64,000 nt of DNA from Angustibacter luteus (GTDB lineage: Bacteria > Actinomycetota > Actinomycetes > Actinomycetales > Angustibacteraceae): the NCBI RefSeq assembly GCF_039541115.1, contig NZ_BAABFP010000005.1, forward strand, positions 124,001-188,000. Direction: 5' to 3'. Position numbers and translations under genes: made by a program. A model generated the notes under the pieces. That model worked only from the letters and a program-made list of their open reading frames with translations, searched no databases and was not told the origin of the DNA. Below, piece by piece: positions 11,926 to 22,409 of the stretch (position 1 is the first letter of the stretch; the number at the start of each line of letters is the position of its first letter).

Positions 11926-14900
11926 ATGCCGTCGAGCTCCACCCCGTCCTCCGCTGCCCCCTCAGGCGGGCCCTCGTTCGCCCACCTGCACGTGCACACC
12001 GAGTACTCGATGCTCGACGGCGCGGCGCGGATCGACGACCTGATGGCCGAGGCGGCCCGGCAGGGGATGCCCGCCGTCGCGACCACCGACCACGGCTACA
12101 TCTTCGGGGCCTACGAGTTCTGGAAGGCCGGCCAGCGGCACGGCGTCAAGCCGATCATCGGGCTCGAGGCGTACCTGACGCCCGGCACCAGCCGATTCGA
12201 CCGCACCCGGGTGAAGTTCGGCGACGGCGGCCGCAACGACGTCTCCGGCTCCGGGGCGTACACGCACATGACGATGCTGGCCCGCACGACGGGCGGCATG
12301 CACAACCTGTTCCGGATGGCGTCGCTCGCCTCCTTGGAGGGCTACTACTTCAAGCCCCGGATGGACCGCGAGCTGCTGCAGACCTACGGCGAGGGCCTGC
12401 TCGCCACCACCGGGTGCCCCAGCGGCGAGGTGCAGACCCGGCTCCGGCTCGGCCAGTACGACAAGGCGGTGGCCGCGGCGGCCGACTTCCGCGACATCTT
12501 CGGTGCCGAGAACTTCTACTGCGAGCTGATGGACCACGGGCTGGGCATCGAGCGCCAGGTCCAGCAGGACCTGCTGCGCCTGGCCCGCGAGCTGGGTCTG
12601 CCGCTGGTGGCGACGAACGACCTGCACTACACCCGGGCCGAGGACGCGAAGGCGCACGCCGCGCTGCTGTGCGTGCAGTCCGGCTCGACCCTCGCCGACC
12701 CGAACCGCTTCAAGTTCGACGCCGACGACTTCTACCTCAAGAGCGCCGCCGAGATGCGGCACACCTGGCGCGAGCTGCCGGAGGCGTGCGACAACACCCT
12801 GCTCATCGCCGAGCGCTGCGAGGTCGGGTTCACCGAGGGCGAGGGCCGGTTCATGCCGCGCTTCCCCTGCCCCGAGGGTGAGGACGAGACCTCGTGGTTC
12901 ATCAAGGAGGTCGAGCGAGGGCTGCTGGAGCGCTACCCCTCGGGAGTGCCCGATGCGGTCCGTCGCCGCGCCGAGTACGAGACCGGCGTCATCGTCTCCA
13001 AGGGCTACGCGGGGTACTTCCTCGTGGTCGCCGACTTCATCGGCTGGGCCAAGGCGCACGGCATCCGGGTCGGCCCCGGCCGCGGGTCGGGCGCGGGCTC
13101 GATGTGCGCCTACGTCATGAAGATCACCGACCTCGACCCGCTGCAGCACGGGCTGATCTTCGAGCGCTTCCTCAACCCCGAGCGCATGTCGATGCCGGAC
13201 TTCGACGTCGACTTCGACGAGCGGCGCCGGGGTGAGGTGATCCGCTACGTCACCGAGAAGTACGGCGAGGAGCGCGTCGCCCAGATCGTCACCTACGGCA
13301 CGATCAAGGCCAAGCAAGCGGTGAAGGACGCGGCCCGGGTGATGGGCTTCCCGTTCGCGATGGGCGAGAAGCTCACCAAGGCGATGCCGCCGGCCATCAT
13401 GGGGAAGGACGTGCCGCTGGCCGGCATCTTCGACCCGAACCACAAGCGGTACAGCGAGGCGGGCGAGTTCCGCGTCGTGCACGACACCGACCCGGACGCG
13501 CGCGAGGTCGTGAAGACCGCGCTGGGGCTGGAGGGGCTCAAGCGCCAGTGGGGCGTGCACGCGGCCGGCGTCATCATGTCCAGCGAGCCGCTGCTCGACC
13601 TGATCCCGATCATGCGCCGCGAGCAGGACGGCCAGATCATCACCCAGTTCGACTACCCGAGCTGCGAGACGCTCGGCCTGGTCAAGATGGACTTCCTGGG
13701 CCTGCGCAACCTCACGATCCTGGACGACGCGCTGATCAACGTCCGGATGAACCGCGACGAAGAGGTCGACCTCGACGCGATGAGCAAGACCCTGAACGAC
13801 CCGCTGACGTTCGAGCTGCTGGGTCGCGGCGACACCCTCGGTGTCTTCCAGTTCGACGGTGGCCCCATGCGGGCTCTGCTGCGGTTGATGAAGCCCGACA
13901 ACTTCGAGGACATCTCAGCCGTCGGTGCGCTCTATCGTCCGGGCCCGATGGGCGCGAACAGCCACACGAACTACGCGCTGCGCAAGAACGGTGCGCAAGA
14001 GGTCAGCTACCTGCACCCTGAGCTCGCCGAGGCGCTCGAGCCGATCCTCGGCACCACGTACGGCCTGATCGTGTATCAGGAGCAGGTCATCCTGATCGCC
14101 CAGCAGCTGGCCGGCTACTCGCTGGGCAAGGCCGACCTGCTGCGCAAGGCGATGGGCAAGAAGAAGCGCGAGGTGCTGGACGCCGAGTTCGTCGGGTTCG
14201 AGGCGGGCATGAAGGAGCGCGGGTTCTCGGCGGCGTCGATCAAGGCACTGTGGGACGTGCTGGTGCCCTTCTCCGACTATGCGTTCAACAAGGCGCACAG
14301 CGCGGCGTACGGCCTGGTGTCGTACTGGACGGCGTACCTGAAGGCGCACTACCCCGCCGAGTACATGGCTGCCGTGCTGACCAGCGTGCGCGATGACAAG
14401 GACAAGTCGGCGCTGTACCTGGGGGAGTGCCGGCGGATGGGCATCAAGGTGCTCCCGCCGGACGTGAACGAGTCCGTCGCGAACTTCGCCGCGGTCGGCA
14501 CCGACATCCGGTTCGGTCTCGCCGCGATCCGCAACGTGGGGACGAACGTCGTCGAGGCGATCGTGGCGACCCGTGAGCAGAAGGGCGCGTTCACCTCGTT
14601 CAAGGACTTCCTGCGCAAGGTGCCGGCGGTCGTCTGCAACAAGCGCACGATCGAGTCGCTGGCCAAGGGCGGCGCCTTCGACTCGATGGGCCACCCTCGT
14701 GGCGGCCTGGTCAAGATCCACGAGCAGTACGTCGAGACGCTGGTCGAGGTCAAGAAGAAGGAGGCCATCGGCCAGGACTCCCTGTTCGCCTCGCTGATGC
14801 CCGGCCCGCAGGACGACGCCGGTTCGCTGGACGACTACGACGGCCTGCCGGAGATCCCGCCCTTCGAGTGGGAGAAGCGGGACAAGCTCCGCTTCGAGCG

Positions 14901-15507
14901 CGAGATGCTCGGGCTGTACGTGAGCGACCACCCCTTGTTCGGCATCGAGCACGTGCTCAGCAGCGCCGCGGACTGCTCGATCGCCTCGCTCCTCACGGAC
15001 GAGTCGCGGCCGGACGGCGCCAACGTGACCATCGCGGGCATGATCAGCGGCCTCCAGCGCAAGATGACCAAGGCGGGCAACCCGTGGGCCATCGCGACGG
15101 TCGAGGACCTCGAGGGAGCCGTCGAGGTGCTCTTCTTCCCGCAGAGCTACCAGACCGTCTCCACGATGCTGGCCGAGGACCTCGTGGTCGTGGTCCGCGG
15201 GCGGCTGAACCGCCGCGACGAGGTGCCCACCCTGTACGCGCAGGAGATGACGATCCCCGACGTGAGCGAGGGCCCGCGCGGTCCGGTCGTCATCGCGATG
15301 CCGCTGGCCAGGTGCACCCCGCCGGTCGCGGAGCGGCTGAAGGACGTGCTGGCCACCCATCCCGGTGTGACCGAGGTGCACCTGCGGCTGACCCAGTCCG
15401 GCAAGGCCACGGTGATGCGGTTGGACGATCGGCTCCGGGTCACCGCCGGCCCAGCGCTGTTCGGTGAGCTGAAGCAGCTGCTCGGCCCGTCCTGCCTCGT
15501 CGGGTGA
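11926..15507 (+). CDS. dnaE: DNA polymerase III subunit alpha
   Basis: HLHVHTEYSMLDG PHP domain, GRGSGAGS, PDFDVDF, KMDFLGL, YAFNKAH; no intein-sized insertion. Confidence 0.98.
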   Translation: MPSSSTPSSAAPSGGPSFAHLHVHTEYSMLDGAARIDDLMAEAARQGMPAVATTDHGYIFGAYEFWKAGQRHGVKPIIGLEAYLTPGTSRFDRTRVKFGDGGRNDVSGSGAYTHMTMLARTTGGMHNLFRMASLASLEGYYFKPRMDRELLQTYGEGLLATTGCPSGEVQTRLRLGQYDKAVAAAADFRDIFGAENFYCELMDHGLGIERQVQQDLLRLARELGLPLVATNDLHYTRAEDAKAHAALLCVQSGSTLADPNRFKFDADDFYLKSAAEMRHTWRELPEACDNTLLIAERCEVGFTEGEGRFMPRFPCPEGEDETSWFIKEVERGLLERYPSGVPDAVRRRAEYETGVIVSKGYAGYFLVVADFIGWAKAHGIRVGPGRGSGAGSMCAYVMKITDLDPLQHGLIFERFLNPERMSMPDFDVDFDERRRGEVIRYVTEKYGEERVAQIVTYGTIKAKQAVKDAARVMGFPFAMGEKLTKAMPPAIMGKDVPLAGIFDPNHKRYSEAGEFRVVHDTDPDAREVVKTALGLEGLKRQWGVHAAGVIMSSEPLLDLIPIMRREQDGQIITQFDYPSCETLGLVKMDFLGLRNLTILDDALINVRMNRDEEVDLDAMSKTLNDPLTFELLGRGDTLGVFQFDGGPMRALLRLMKPDNFEDISAVGALYRPGPMGANSHTNYALRKNGAQEVSYLHPELAEALEPILGTTYGLIVYQEQVILIAQQLAGYSLGKADLLRKAMGKKKREVLDAEFVGFEAGMKERGFSAASIKALWDVLVPFSDYAFNKAHSAAYGLVSYWTAYLKAHYPAEYMAAVLTSVRDDKDKSALYLGECRRMGIKVLPPDVNESVANFAAVGTDIRFGLAAIRNVGTNVVEAIVATREQKGAFTSFKDFLRKVPAVVCNKRTIESLAKGGAFDSMGHPRGGLVKIHEQYVETLVEVKKKEAIGQDSLFASLMPGPQDDAGSLDDYDGLPEIPPFEWEKRDKLRFEREMLGLYVSDHPLFGIEHVLSSAADCSIASLLTDESRPDGANVTIAGMISGLQRKMTKAGNPWAIATVEDLEGAVEVLFFPQSYQTVSTMLAEDLVVVVRGRLNRRDEVPTLYAQEMTIPDVSEGPRGPVVIAMPLARCTPPVAERLKDVLATHPGVTEVHLRLTQSGKATVMRLDDRLRVTAGPALFGELKQLLGPSCLVG

Positions 15508-15550
15508 GGATCCGTCCGTTCGGGGGCCTGTAGGACGGTTTCGCCCCCGG

Positions 15551-15572
15551 TGTCGGACGCCTTGCCTAGACT
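15551..15572 (+). promoter_or_regulatory. Second PafBC/RecA-NDp-type motif, upstream of the DUF3352-like gene
   Basis: TGTCGG-N10-TAGACT. Confidence 0.45.
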
Positions 15573-15625
15573 GACCCGACTCCCGCGGGGCGTTCCTGTG
15601 GGCGAGCAACCAGGGGGACCCTTCC

Positions 15626-17179
15626 ATGACCCAGCCGCCGAGCGGTGCCACGCCGCCCCGCGACGACCACGACCAGACCGCGAGCCAGCCCTGGGCACCC
15701 CAGCCCTACGCAGGCGGCGAGGTGCTCGACGCCAGCCAGGGAGCCGACGGAGGGCCCGAGTCATCCAGCGGCCGCCGTCGCGGTGTGCTGATCGGCGCGG
15801 GCGTGCTCGTCGTCGCGCTGCTCGGTGCCGGCGCCGCCTTCGCCGCCGCCAAGCTCGGCGGCGGCGGCGCGCAGCCGGACGAGGCCGTGCCGGCATCGGC
15901 GGTGGCGTTCGTGGCCGTCGACCTGGACCCGTCCTCGGGTCAGAAGATCGACGCCCTGCGGTTCCTGCGCAAGTTCCCCAAGGCCGCCGACCAGATCGGC
16001 AAGGACGACGACCTGCGCAAGGCCCTGTTCGACTCGCTCAAGGACGACGGCACGGTCACGGGCGACTGGGCCACGGACGTCGAGCCGTGGCTGGGCGACC
16101 GGGCCGGCGTGGCCGTGCTGCCGCCGGTGCAGGACGGGGACGACCCGGGGGTGGTCGTGGTCCTCGCGGTCAAGGACCAGGGCAAGGCGAAGGCCGGCCT
16201 GGCCAAGGTCGCCGGCGGCGACGCGTCCTGCGAGGTCACGGCCGACTTCGCCGTCTGCGCTGAGGAGGCGGCCACCGCCAAGAAGGCGGTCGCGGACGCC
16301 GAGCGGAGCCCGCTGTCGGAGTCGAAGAACTACGCCAGTGACGTGGACGCCGTGGGAGACACCGGCATCGTGCACGCCTGGGTCGACGTCGCTGCGGCGC
16401 AGGCCGTCGTGCCCACCACCGGTGGCGTGGACTCGACCCTCAGCGGTCTGGACGCGAGCGGCCGGGTGGCGGTCGCCCTGCGCTTCGACGGCCCGCACCT
16501 CGAGCTGGCCGGCAAGACGGTCGGCGCCAAGCTGCCCGCGAAGGCCGGCAGCGTGTCCATGGCCGACCTGCCGGCCTCCTCGCTGGCGGCCGTGGGCGTC
16601 AGCGGTGCCGACGAGTCGGTCCGGGCCGCGTACGACCGGCTGCGCAAGGCCGCCGAGCAGGCGCTCGGCGCAGGCGCTCTCGACCAGCAGCTCGACGCGA
16701 TCCAGCAGGAGACCGGGATCGCCGTCCCGGACGACGTCGTCAAGGCGCTGGGTGACCGGGTCTCCGTGGTGTTCGGTGGCCTCGACGGCCAGACCCCGAA
16801 GGTCGCTGCCCGCCTGAGCGGCGATCGCGGGACCCTCGACAAGATCGTCAACGCCGCCCGTGAGCAGGGTGGACTCGAGCTGGCCACGGCCCCGGCCGGT
16901 GCAGACACCGTGCTGGCGTCCACGCAGGCCTACGCGGACGAGGTCGCCAAGGGCAAGGGGCTGGGGTCTGCCAAGGCCTTCACCAACGCGGTCCCGAGCG
17001 CGAAGGACGCCCAGGCGGTGCTGTACGTCGACATCGCCCAGGTCGTCGCCCAGCTGGGTGACGAGATGAACATCAGCGACGAGGACCGCAAGGTTCTCGC
17101 ACCCCTGTCCTCGTTCGGGGCGAGCCTGCACCGAGACGGGGGCGACGCCACGTTCGACATCCGGCTCACCACGAAGTGA
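15626..17179 (+). CDS. Membrane-anchored hypothetical protein (DUF3352-like)
   Basis: Low-complexity N-terminus, one TM, QPDEAVPASA..VDLDPSSGQK, DVEPWLGDRAGVA; GC-biased codons. Confidence 0.7.
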   Translation: MTQPPSGATPPRDDHDQTASQPWAPQPYAGGEVLDASQGADGGPESSSGRRRGVLIGAGVLVVALLGAGAAFAAAKLGGGGAQPDEAVPASAVAFVAVDLDPSSGQKIDALRFLRKFPKAADQIGKDDDLRKALFDSLKDDGTVTGDWATDVEPWLGDRAGVAVLPPVQDGDDPGVVVVLAVKDQGKAKAGLAKVAGGDASCEVTADFAVCAEEAATAKKAVADAERSPLSESKNYASDVDAVGDTGIVHAWVDVAAAQAVVPTTGGVDSTLSGLDASGRVAVALRFDGPHLELAGKTVGAKLPAKAGSVSMADLPASSLAAVGVSGADESVRAAYDRLRKAAEQALGAGALDQQLDAIQQETGIAVPDDVVKALGDRVSVVFGGLDGQTPKVAARLSGDRGTLDKIVNAAREQGGLELATAPAGADTVLASTQAYADEVAKGKGLGSAKAFTNAVPSAKDAQAVLYVDIAQVVAQLGDEMNISDEDRKVLAPLSSFGASLHRDGGDATFDIRLTTK

Positions 17180-17195
17180 GCCGACAGTCGATGAT

Positions 17196-17726
17196 GTGGT
17201 CGTGAGCATCAGCGCCGGAGTCGTCATCCAGCCCGCCGCCGCCCCCCGCAGGGGGTGGCGGCGGCTGGGGCGCGTCACGCTCATCGACCTCGGCCTGGCC
17301 GTGGTCGGGGGGGTTCTGCTCGGCGTCGCGTGGCGCCTGCTCGCACCCGTCGCGACCGCTCAGCTGATCGACGGCGGCGTCTACCTGCAGGGCCACCAGG
17401 AGCTGGAGGCCGCGCAGGACGGGTGGCTCGCCATCGTGCTGGGCCTGGCCGGCGTCCTGGTGGCGACGGTCCAGGCCGTCCGGGCCCGCGAGCCTCAGGC
17501 CGTGCGAGCGGTGCTGGCCGTCGTCGGGCTGGGGATCGCCGGGGTGATCGCCTGGCAGGTCGGCCAGTGGCTCGGCCCGGACTCGTTGCGCCACCAGATC
17601 GACGCGCACACCACGCCACTGCGCACGCCGCTGGAGCTGCACTCGGCGGGGGTCCTGCTGTTCGGGCCGCTGCTGTTCGCCATCACCCGCTGCCTCGCCG
17701 CCCTGTTCAGCGCCCCGCGCCGCTGA
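17196..17726 (+). CDS. Hypothetical membrane protein (about 4 TM)
   Basis: Hydrophobic segments, fills space downstream of DUF3352-like gene; start uncertain (17196 or 17202). Confidence 0.65.
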   Translation: MVVSISAGVVIQPAAAPRRGWRRLGRVTLIDLGLAVVGGVLLGVAWRLLAPVATAQLIDGGVYLQGHQELEAAQDGWLAIVLGLAGVLVATVQAVRAREPQAVRAVLAVVGLGIAGVIAWQVGQWLGPDSLRHQIDAHTTPLRTPLELHSAGVLLFGPLLFAITRCLAALFSAPRR

Positions 17727-17743
17727 ACGCGTCCGGGAGGCCG

Positions 17744-18424
17744 CTAACCGCGGTCGGACGGGCGCCGGGCCAGGTCCACGGCCGGGACCGACGGCACCAC
17801 GGACCACAGGACGCGTTCGCGACGGAGCAGGCTGCGCGCGGTGCGCAACCTGGCTGCCGCGTCCGACGCGGCCAGCAGGGACTGCCGCTCCGCCAGGTGC
17901 AGGAGCATCGAGGCGGTGATCACGTACGACAGCAGGGTCGGGTCCTCCAGCGCGGGGGAGGTGGTGGCGCCGTCGCGGCCCATGCCGAGGCGGTCGCAGT
18001 ACTCGACGAACTCGCTGCGGACCTCCTCGACCAGCAGCGGGTCGACGGGCGTGGCCGGCTCGTCGAGCCACGCGACCTCACCCGTCAGGTAGGCCGTCCC
18101 CGCGTCGCCGTCCAGCCGATCCAGCCGGAACCGCTCACGCCCGACCGCGACGACGTCGCAGCTGCCGTCGTCGTTGCGGTCGACCTCCAGGACCTCGGCG
18201 GCGCAGCCCACGTCGAAGAGCGCACCGAGCCGGTTCGCCCCCACCTCGTGCCCCTTGCGGATCCCCAGGACGCCGAACCTGGCCCCCGGGACGGGCTGCT
18301 GCTCGTCGTCGCCGAGGACGTCACGCAGCAGGTCGAGGTACCGCGGTTCGAACAGGTGCAGTGGCAGGACCTCGCCCGGCACCAGGACGGTGCCGAGCGG
18401 GAAGAGCGGCAGTCGCGCGGTCAC
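17744..18424 (-). CDS. LON peptidase substrate-binding domain protein
   Basis: RLPLFPLGTVLVPG..LPLHLFEPRY N-terminus; no AAA or protease domain. Confidence 0.88.
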   Translation of the reverse strand: MTARLPLFPLGTVLVPGEVLPLHLFEPRYLDLLRDVLGDDEQQPVPGARFGVLGIRKGHEVGANRLGALFDVGCAAEVLEVDRNDDGSCDVVAVGRERFRLDRLDGDAGTAYLTGEVAWLDEPATPVDPLLVEEVRSEFVEYCDRLGMGRDGATTSPALEDPTLLSYVITASMLLHLAERQSLLAASDAAARLRTARSLLRRERVLWSVVPSVPAVDLARRPSDRG

Positions 18425-19227
18425 CGCCCCACTCTAGGCACGATGCCCGTCAGCCACCCGCGCGCGATCAGCTCCACGGCCACCATCACGGCAACCGACT
18501 GGACCATGAGCAGCGCGACCAGGACCACGAGCTGCACCGCGGCGGCGTCGACCGGGCTGGCCCCGCCCAGCAGCATCCCCACGAAGGCACCCGGCAGCGT
18601 GACCAGCCCGACCGTCCGCGTCTGGTCCAGCCCGGGCACCAGGGCCAGCGCTGCGTCGTCCCGGGCCACCAGCAACGCGGAATCGCGCGAGCTCAGCCCG
18701 ATGGAGACCCCGGCCTCGTACTCGCCCCACCTGGTCGTCAGCGCGTCCAGGCAACGCCGTCCGGCCAGCACCGTGGCGGTCATGGCACCGCCGACGAGGA
18801 TCCCGCCGATCGGCACCAACGCCGTGCCCTCGAGCGGGACCAGACCGGTCACCAGCACGAGCAGCAGCGCCGGGACGGACCCCGCCAGGACGGGCAGGAA
18901 GGCGAGCAGCCCACTGCGCTCGCGGGTCAGCCGGCGACCGGCCGTCACGCTGGCGACGGTCGCCATCAGCAGCAGGAAGGCGAAGGTCAGGGCGAGCGAG
19001 TCCAGGACCGCCGCGATGATCAGGGCGACCACCAGCAGCTGGAGCAGTGCCCGCCCGTTCGCGCGCAGCACCGCCCAGCCCTGCCCGAGGGAACCCGCCA
19101 CGTTGACCAGCACCGCAGCGGCCGTGCTGAGCACCACGACCAGGACGAGGGCGACCCGGGCAGAGGTGTCGTCCAGGCTGACGACGGCGGCCGACCGCAG
19201 CAGTCCTGACGTCGCCGTGACCAGCAC
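18421..19227 (-). CDS. UPF0014/FetB(YbbM)-like ABC-type permease
   Basis: RALLQL, PIGGILVGGAM, ALVPGLDQTRTVGLVTLPGAFVGMLLGGASP; start at GTG 19227 uncertain. Confidence 0.82.
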   Translation of the reverse strand: MLVTATSGLLRSAAVVSLDDTSARVALVLVVVLSTAAAVLVNVAGSLGQGWAVLRANGRALLQLLVVALIIAAVLDSLALTFAFLLLMATVASVTAGRRLTRERSGLLAFLPVLAGSVPALLLVLVTGLVPLEGTALVPIGGILVGGAMTATVLAGRRCLDALTTRWGEYEAGVSIGLSSRDSALLVARDDAALALVPGLDQTRTVGLVTLPGAFVGMLLGGASPVDAAAVQLVVLVALLMVQSVAVMVAVELIARGWLTGIVPRVGR

Positions 19228-19296
19228 GTGGGAAACGTACCGCGCACGACGTGGCAGCCGGGCCGTCGCGTCGGCGTCCCTGACTAGAATGTCCGG

Positions 19297-20634
19297 GTGA
19301 TCGCGCGTACCGACCTGCGCGGACGCCCGCTGGACGCGGCGTCGCTGCGACAGGTGCTGCCCCGGGCCGAGTTCGACGTCGAGGCCGCCCTCGACGCCGT
19401 CCGACCGATCTGCGCGCAGGTGCAGCACGGTGGCGCCGGGGCGCTGCGCGACCTCGGCGAGCGGTTCGACGGCGTGCGCCCGACCGACCTGCGGGTGCCG
19501 GCCGCGGCCCTGCACGACGCGCTCGCCCAGCTCGACGACGGCGTCCGCGCCGCCCTCGAGGAGTCGATCCGACGCACCCGGCTCGTGCACCGCGACCAGC
19601 GCCGCCACGACGTGACCACCCAGGTCGCCGAGGGTGGCACGGTCACCGAGCGCTGGATCCCGGTCGGCCGGGTCGGCCTCTACGCCCCCGGCGGGCTCGC
19701 GGTGCTGGCCAGCAGCGTCGTGATGAACGCCGTCCCCGCCCAGGAGGCCGGCGTCCCGTCCATCGCCCTCGCCAGCCCGCCCCAGCGTGACAACCCGCCG
19801 CGGTTCGCCGGCCTGCCGCACCCGACGGTGCTGGCCGCCTGCGCCCTGCTGGGCATCGACGAGGTCTACGCCGTCGGCGGCGCCCAGGCCATCGCGATGT
19901 TCGCCTACGGCGCCCGCGAGGACGACGGCACCGTGGTCTGCGCGCCGGTCAACCTGGTCACCGGCCCGGGCAACATCTACGTGGTGGCCGCCAAGCGCCT
20001 GCTCAAGGGCGTCATCGGCATCGACTCCGAGGCCGGCCCCACCGAGATCGCCGTGCTCGCCGACGACACGGCCGACCCGCACCTCGTCGCCGCGGACCTC
20101 GTCAGCCAGGCCGAGCACGACCCGCTGGCCGCGGCAGTCCTGGTCACCGACGACGAGGACCTCGCAGACGCCGTGGAGGCGGCGCTCGCCGAGCAGGTCG
20201 CCGCCACCAAGCACACCGAGCGAGTCCGTGCCGCGCTCGGCGGACGCCAGTCCGGCATCGTCCTGGTCGACGACCTCGAGGCCGGTCTCGCGGTGTGCGA
20301 CGCCTACGCCGCCGAGCACCTCGAGATCCACACCCGGGACGCCGCCGCCGTGGCCGCCCGGGTGCGCAACGCCGGGGCGATCTTCGTCGGTCCCTACGCC
20401 CCCGTCTCGCTCGGTGACTACCTTGCAGGCAGCAACCACGTGCTGCCGACCGGCGGCTGCGCCTGCCACTCCAGCGGCCTGTCCGTGCAGTCCTTTCTGC
20501 GCGGCGTGCACGTCATCGAGTACGACCGGGCGGCCCTCGAGCAGGTCGCCGACCACGTCGTGGCGCTGGCCGAGGCCGAGGACCTGCCCGGGCACGGCGA
20601 CGCCGTGCGGGCCCGTGCCCGCGGCCGCGGGTGA
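19297..20634 (+). CDS. hisD: Histidinol dehydrogenase
   Basis: [51 protein letters not shown]. Confidence 0.97.
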   Translation: MIARTDLRGRPLDAASLRQVLPRAEFDVEAALDAVRPICAQVQHGGAGALRDLGERFDGVRPTDLRVPAAALHDALAQLDDGVRAALEESIRRTRLVHRDQRRHDVTTQVAEGGTVTERWIPVGRVGLYAPGGLAVLASSVVMNAVPAQEAGVPSIALASPPQRDNPPRFAGLPHPTVLAACALLGIDEVYAVGGAQAIAMFAYGAREDDGTVVCAPVNLVTGPGNIYVVAAKRLLKGVIGIDSEAGPTEIAVLADDTADPHLVAADLVSQAEHDPLAAAVLVTDDEDLADAVEAALAEQVAATKHTERVRAALGGRQSGIVLVDDLEAGLAVCDAYAAEHLEIHTRDAAAVAARVRNAGAIFVGPYAPVSLGDYLAGSNHVLPTGGCACHSSGLSVQSFLRGVHVIEYDRAALEQVADHVVALAEAEDLPGHGDAVRARARGRG

Positions 20635-21773
20635 GCACCGTCAATAGACTCGACCCCGTGGGCTCCACCTCCGTCGGTCCGGGTCTTGACGCGCTGCCGT
20701 TGCGCGACGACCTGCGCGGTCGCCTGCCCTACGGTGCACCGCAGATCGACGTCCCCGTTCGGTTGAACACCAACGAGAACTCCTACCCCCTGCCCGAGCC
20801 GGCGGCGCTCGCGGTCGTCGCGGCGCTCGCCCTCGAGGTCCGTCAGCTCAACCGCTACCCCGACCGTGAGTTCACCGCCCTCCGTACGGCGCTCGCCACG
20901 TATCTCGGGCACGACCTGACCGCGGACCAGGTCTGGGCGGCGAACGGCTCCAACGAGGTGCTGCTGCACCTGTTCCAGGCGTTCGGCGGCCCGGGACGCA
21001 CGGCCCTGGGCTTCACCCCGGCGTACTCGATGCACCCCAACATCGCCGCGACCTCGGCGACGGCGTGGGTGGACGGTCTGCGCGGTGCGCCATCCGGACA
21101 GTTCGACCTGACCGCCGAGTCGGCGGCCGAGCAGGTCGCCCGGCACGACCCCGACCTCGTCATGCTCTGCTCGCCGAACAACCCGACCGGCACCGCCCTC
21201 GGGCTGGACGTCGTCACCGCCGTGTACGACGCCACGGACCGCGCGGTGGTGGTGGTGGACGAGGCCTACGCGGAGTTCGCCCGGACCGGCACGGCCAGCG
21301 CGTTGACCCTGCTGCCCGGTCGCGAGCGCCTCGTCGTGACCCGCACCATGAGCAAGGCGTTCGCGTTGGCCGGCGCGCGACTGGGCTACCTGGCGGCCGA
21401 CCCGGCGGTGTGCGACGCCCTGCGGCTGGTCCGGTTGCCCTACCACCTGTCGTCGCTGACCCAGGCGGCCGCGCTGGCGGCCGTCCGGCACGCACCCGAC
21501 CTGCTGGGCAGCGTGCAGGTGCTGCGCGAGCAGCGCGACCGCATCGTGACCGAGCTGGCGGGGCTGGGCCTGGCCCCGGTGCCCAGCGACGCGAACTTCG
21601 TGCTCTTCGGCGGCCTGGCCGATCCCGTGGCCACCTGGCAGGCGCTGCTCGAGCACGGCGTCCTGGTCCGGGACGTCGGGATCCCCGGGCACCTGCGCGT
21701 GACGGCCGGGAACCCGGACGAGACCAGCGCCTTCCTCACTGCCCTGACCCGCGTCCTCGAGGAGACACCGTGA
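20631..21773 (+). CDS. hisC: Histidinol-phosphate aminotransferase
   Basis: [38 protein letters not shown]. Confidence 0.96.
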   Translation: MSTVNRLDPVGSTSVGPGLDALPLRDDLRGRLPYGAPQIDVPVRLNTNENSYPLPEPAALAVVAALALEVRQLNRYPDREFTALRTALATYLGHDLTADQVWAANGSNEVLLHLFQAFGGPGRTALGFTPAYSMHPNIAATSATAWVDGLRGAPSGQFDLTAESAAEQVARHDPDLVMLCSPNNPTGTALGLDVVTAVYDATDRAVVVVDEAYAEFARTGTASALTLLPGRERLVVTRTMSKAFALAGARLGYLAADPAVCDALRLVRLPYHLSSLTQAAALAAVRHAPDLLGSVQVLREQRDRIVTELAGLGLAPVPSDANFVLFGGLADPVATWQALLEHGVLVRDVGIPGHLRVTAGNPDETSAFLTALTRVLEETP

Positions 21774-22384
21774 CCGACCCGACCACCGATCGCCGGGCCG
21801 TGCTGGAGCGGGCCACCGGGGAGAGCAGCGTCCGCGTCGAGCTCGACCTGGACGGCACGGGCCGCTCCAGCATCAGCACCGGTGTCGGCTTCTACGACCA
21901 CATGCTCGCCAGCCTGGCCAAGCACGCCCTGTTCGACCTCGACGTGCAGGCCACCGGGGACACCCACGTGGACGCCCACCACACGGTCGAGGACGTCGCC
22001 ATCGTGCTGGGCGAGGCCCTGCGGGAGGCCCTCGGCGACAAGGCCGGCATCGCGCGGTTCGGCGACGCGCTGGTGCCGCTCGACGAGACGCTGGTGCAGG
22101 CCGCGGTCGACGTCAGCGGGCGCCCGTACTGCGTGCACACCGGCGAGGCCGAGGGGCAGCAGTACGTGGTGATCGGCGGCACCTACGTGGGGTCGCTGAC
22201 CCGGCACGTGTTCGAGACCTTGGCCCACCACGCCGCGATCGCGCTGCACGTGCGGGTGCTCAGCGGGCGCGACCCGCACCACGTCGTGGAGGCCCAGTTC
22301 AAGGCGGTGGCTCGCGCCCTGCGGGCCGCGGTCACGCCGGACCCGCGGGTCGGGGGCGTGCCCAGCACCAAGGGCGTGCTGTGA
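21770..22384 (+). CDS. hisB: Imidazoleglycerol-phosphate dehydratase
   Basis: [35 protein letters not shown]. Confidence 0.96.
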   Translation: MTDPTTDRRAVLERATGESSVRVELDLDGTGRSSISTGVGFYDHMLASLAKHALFDLDVQATGDTHVDAHHTVEDVAIVLGEALREALGDKAGIARFGDALVPLDETLVQAAVDVSGRPYCVHTGEAEGQQYVVIGGTYVGSLTRHVFETLAHHAAIALHVRVLSGRDPHHVVEAQFKAVARALRAAVTPDPRVGGVPSTKGVL

Positions 22385-22409
22385 ACCGAGTCGTGCGCCG
22401 GCGAGCACC

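Noticed and set aside
11926..15507. Intein in dnaE
   Set aside because: Normal length (1193 aa) and no intein or LAGLIDADG motifs seen
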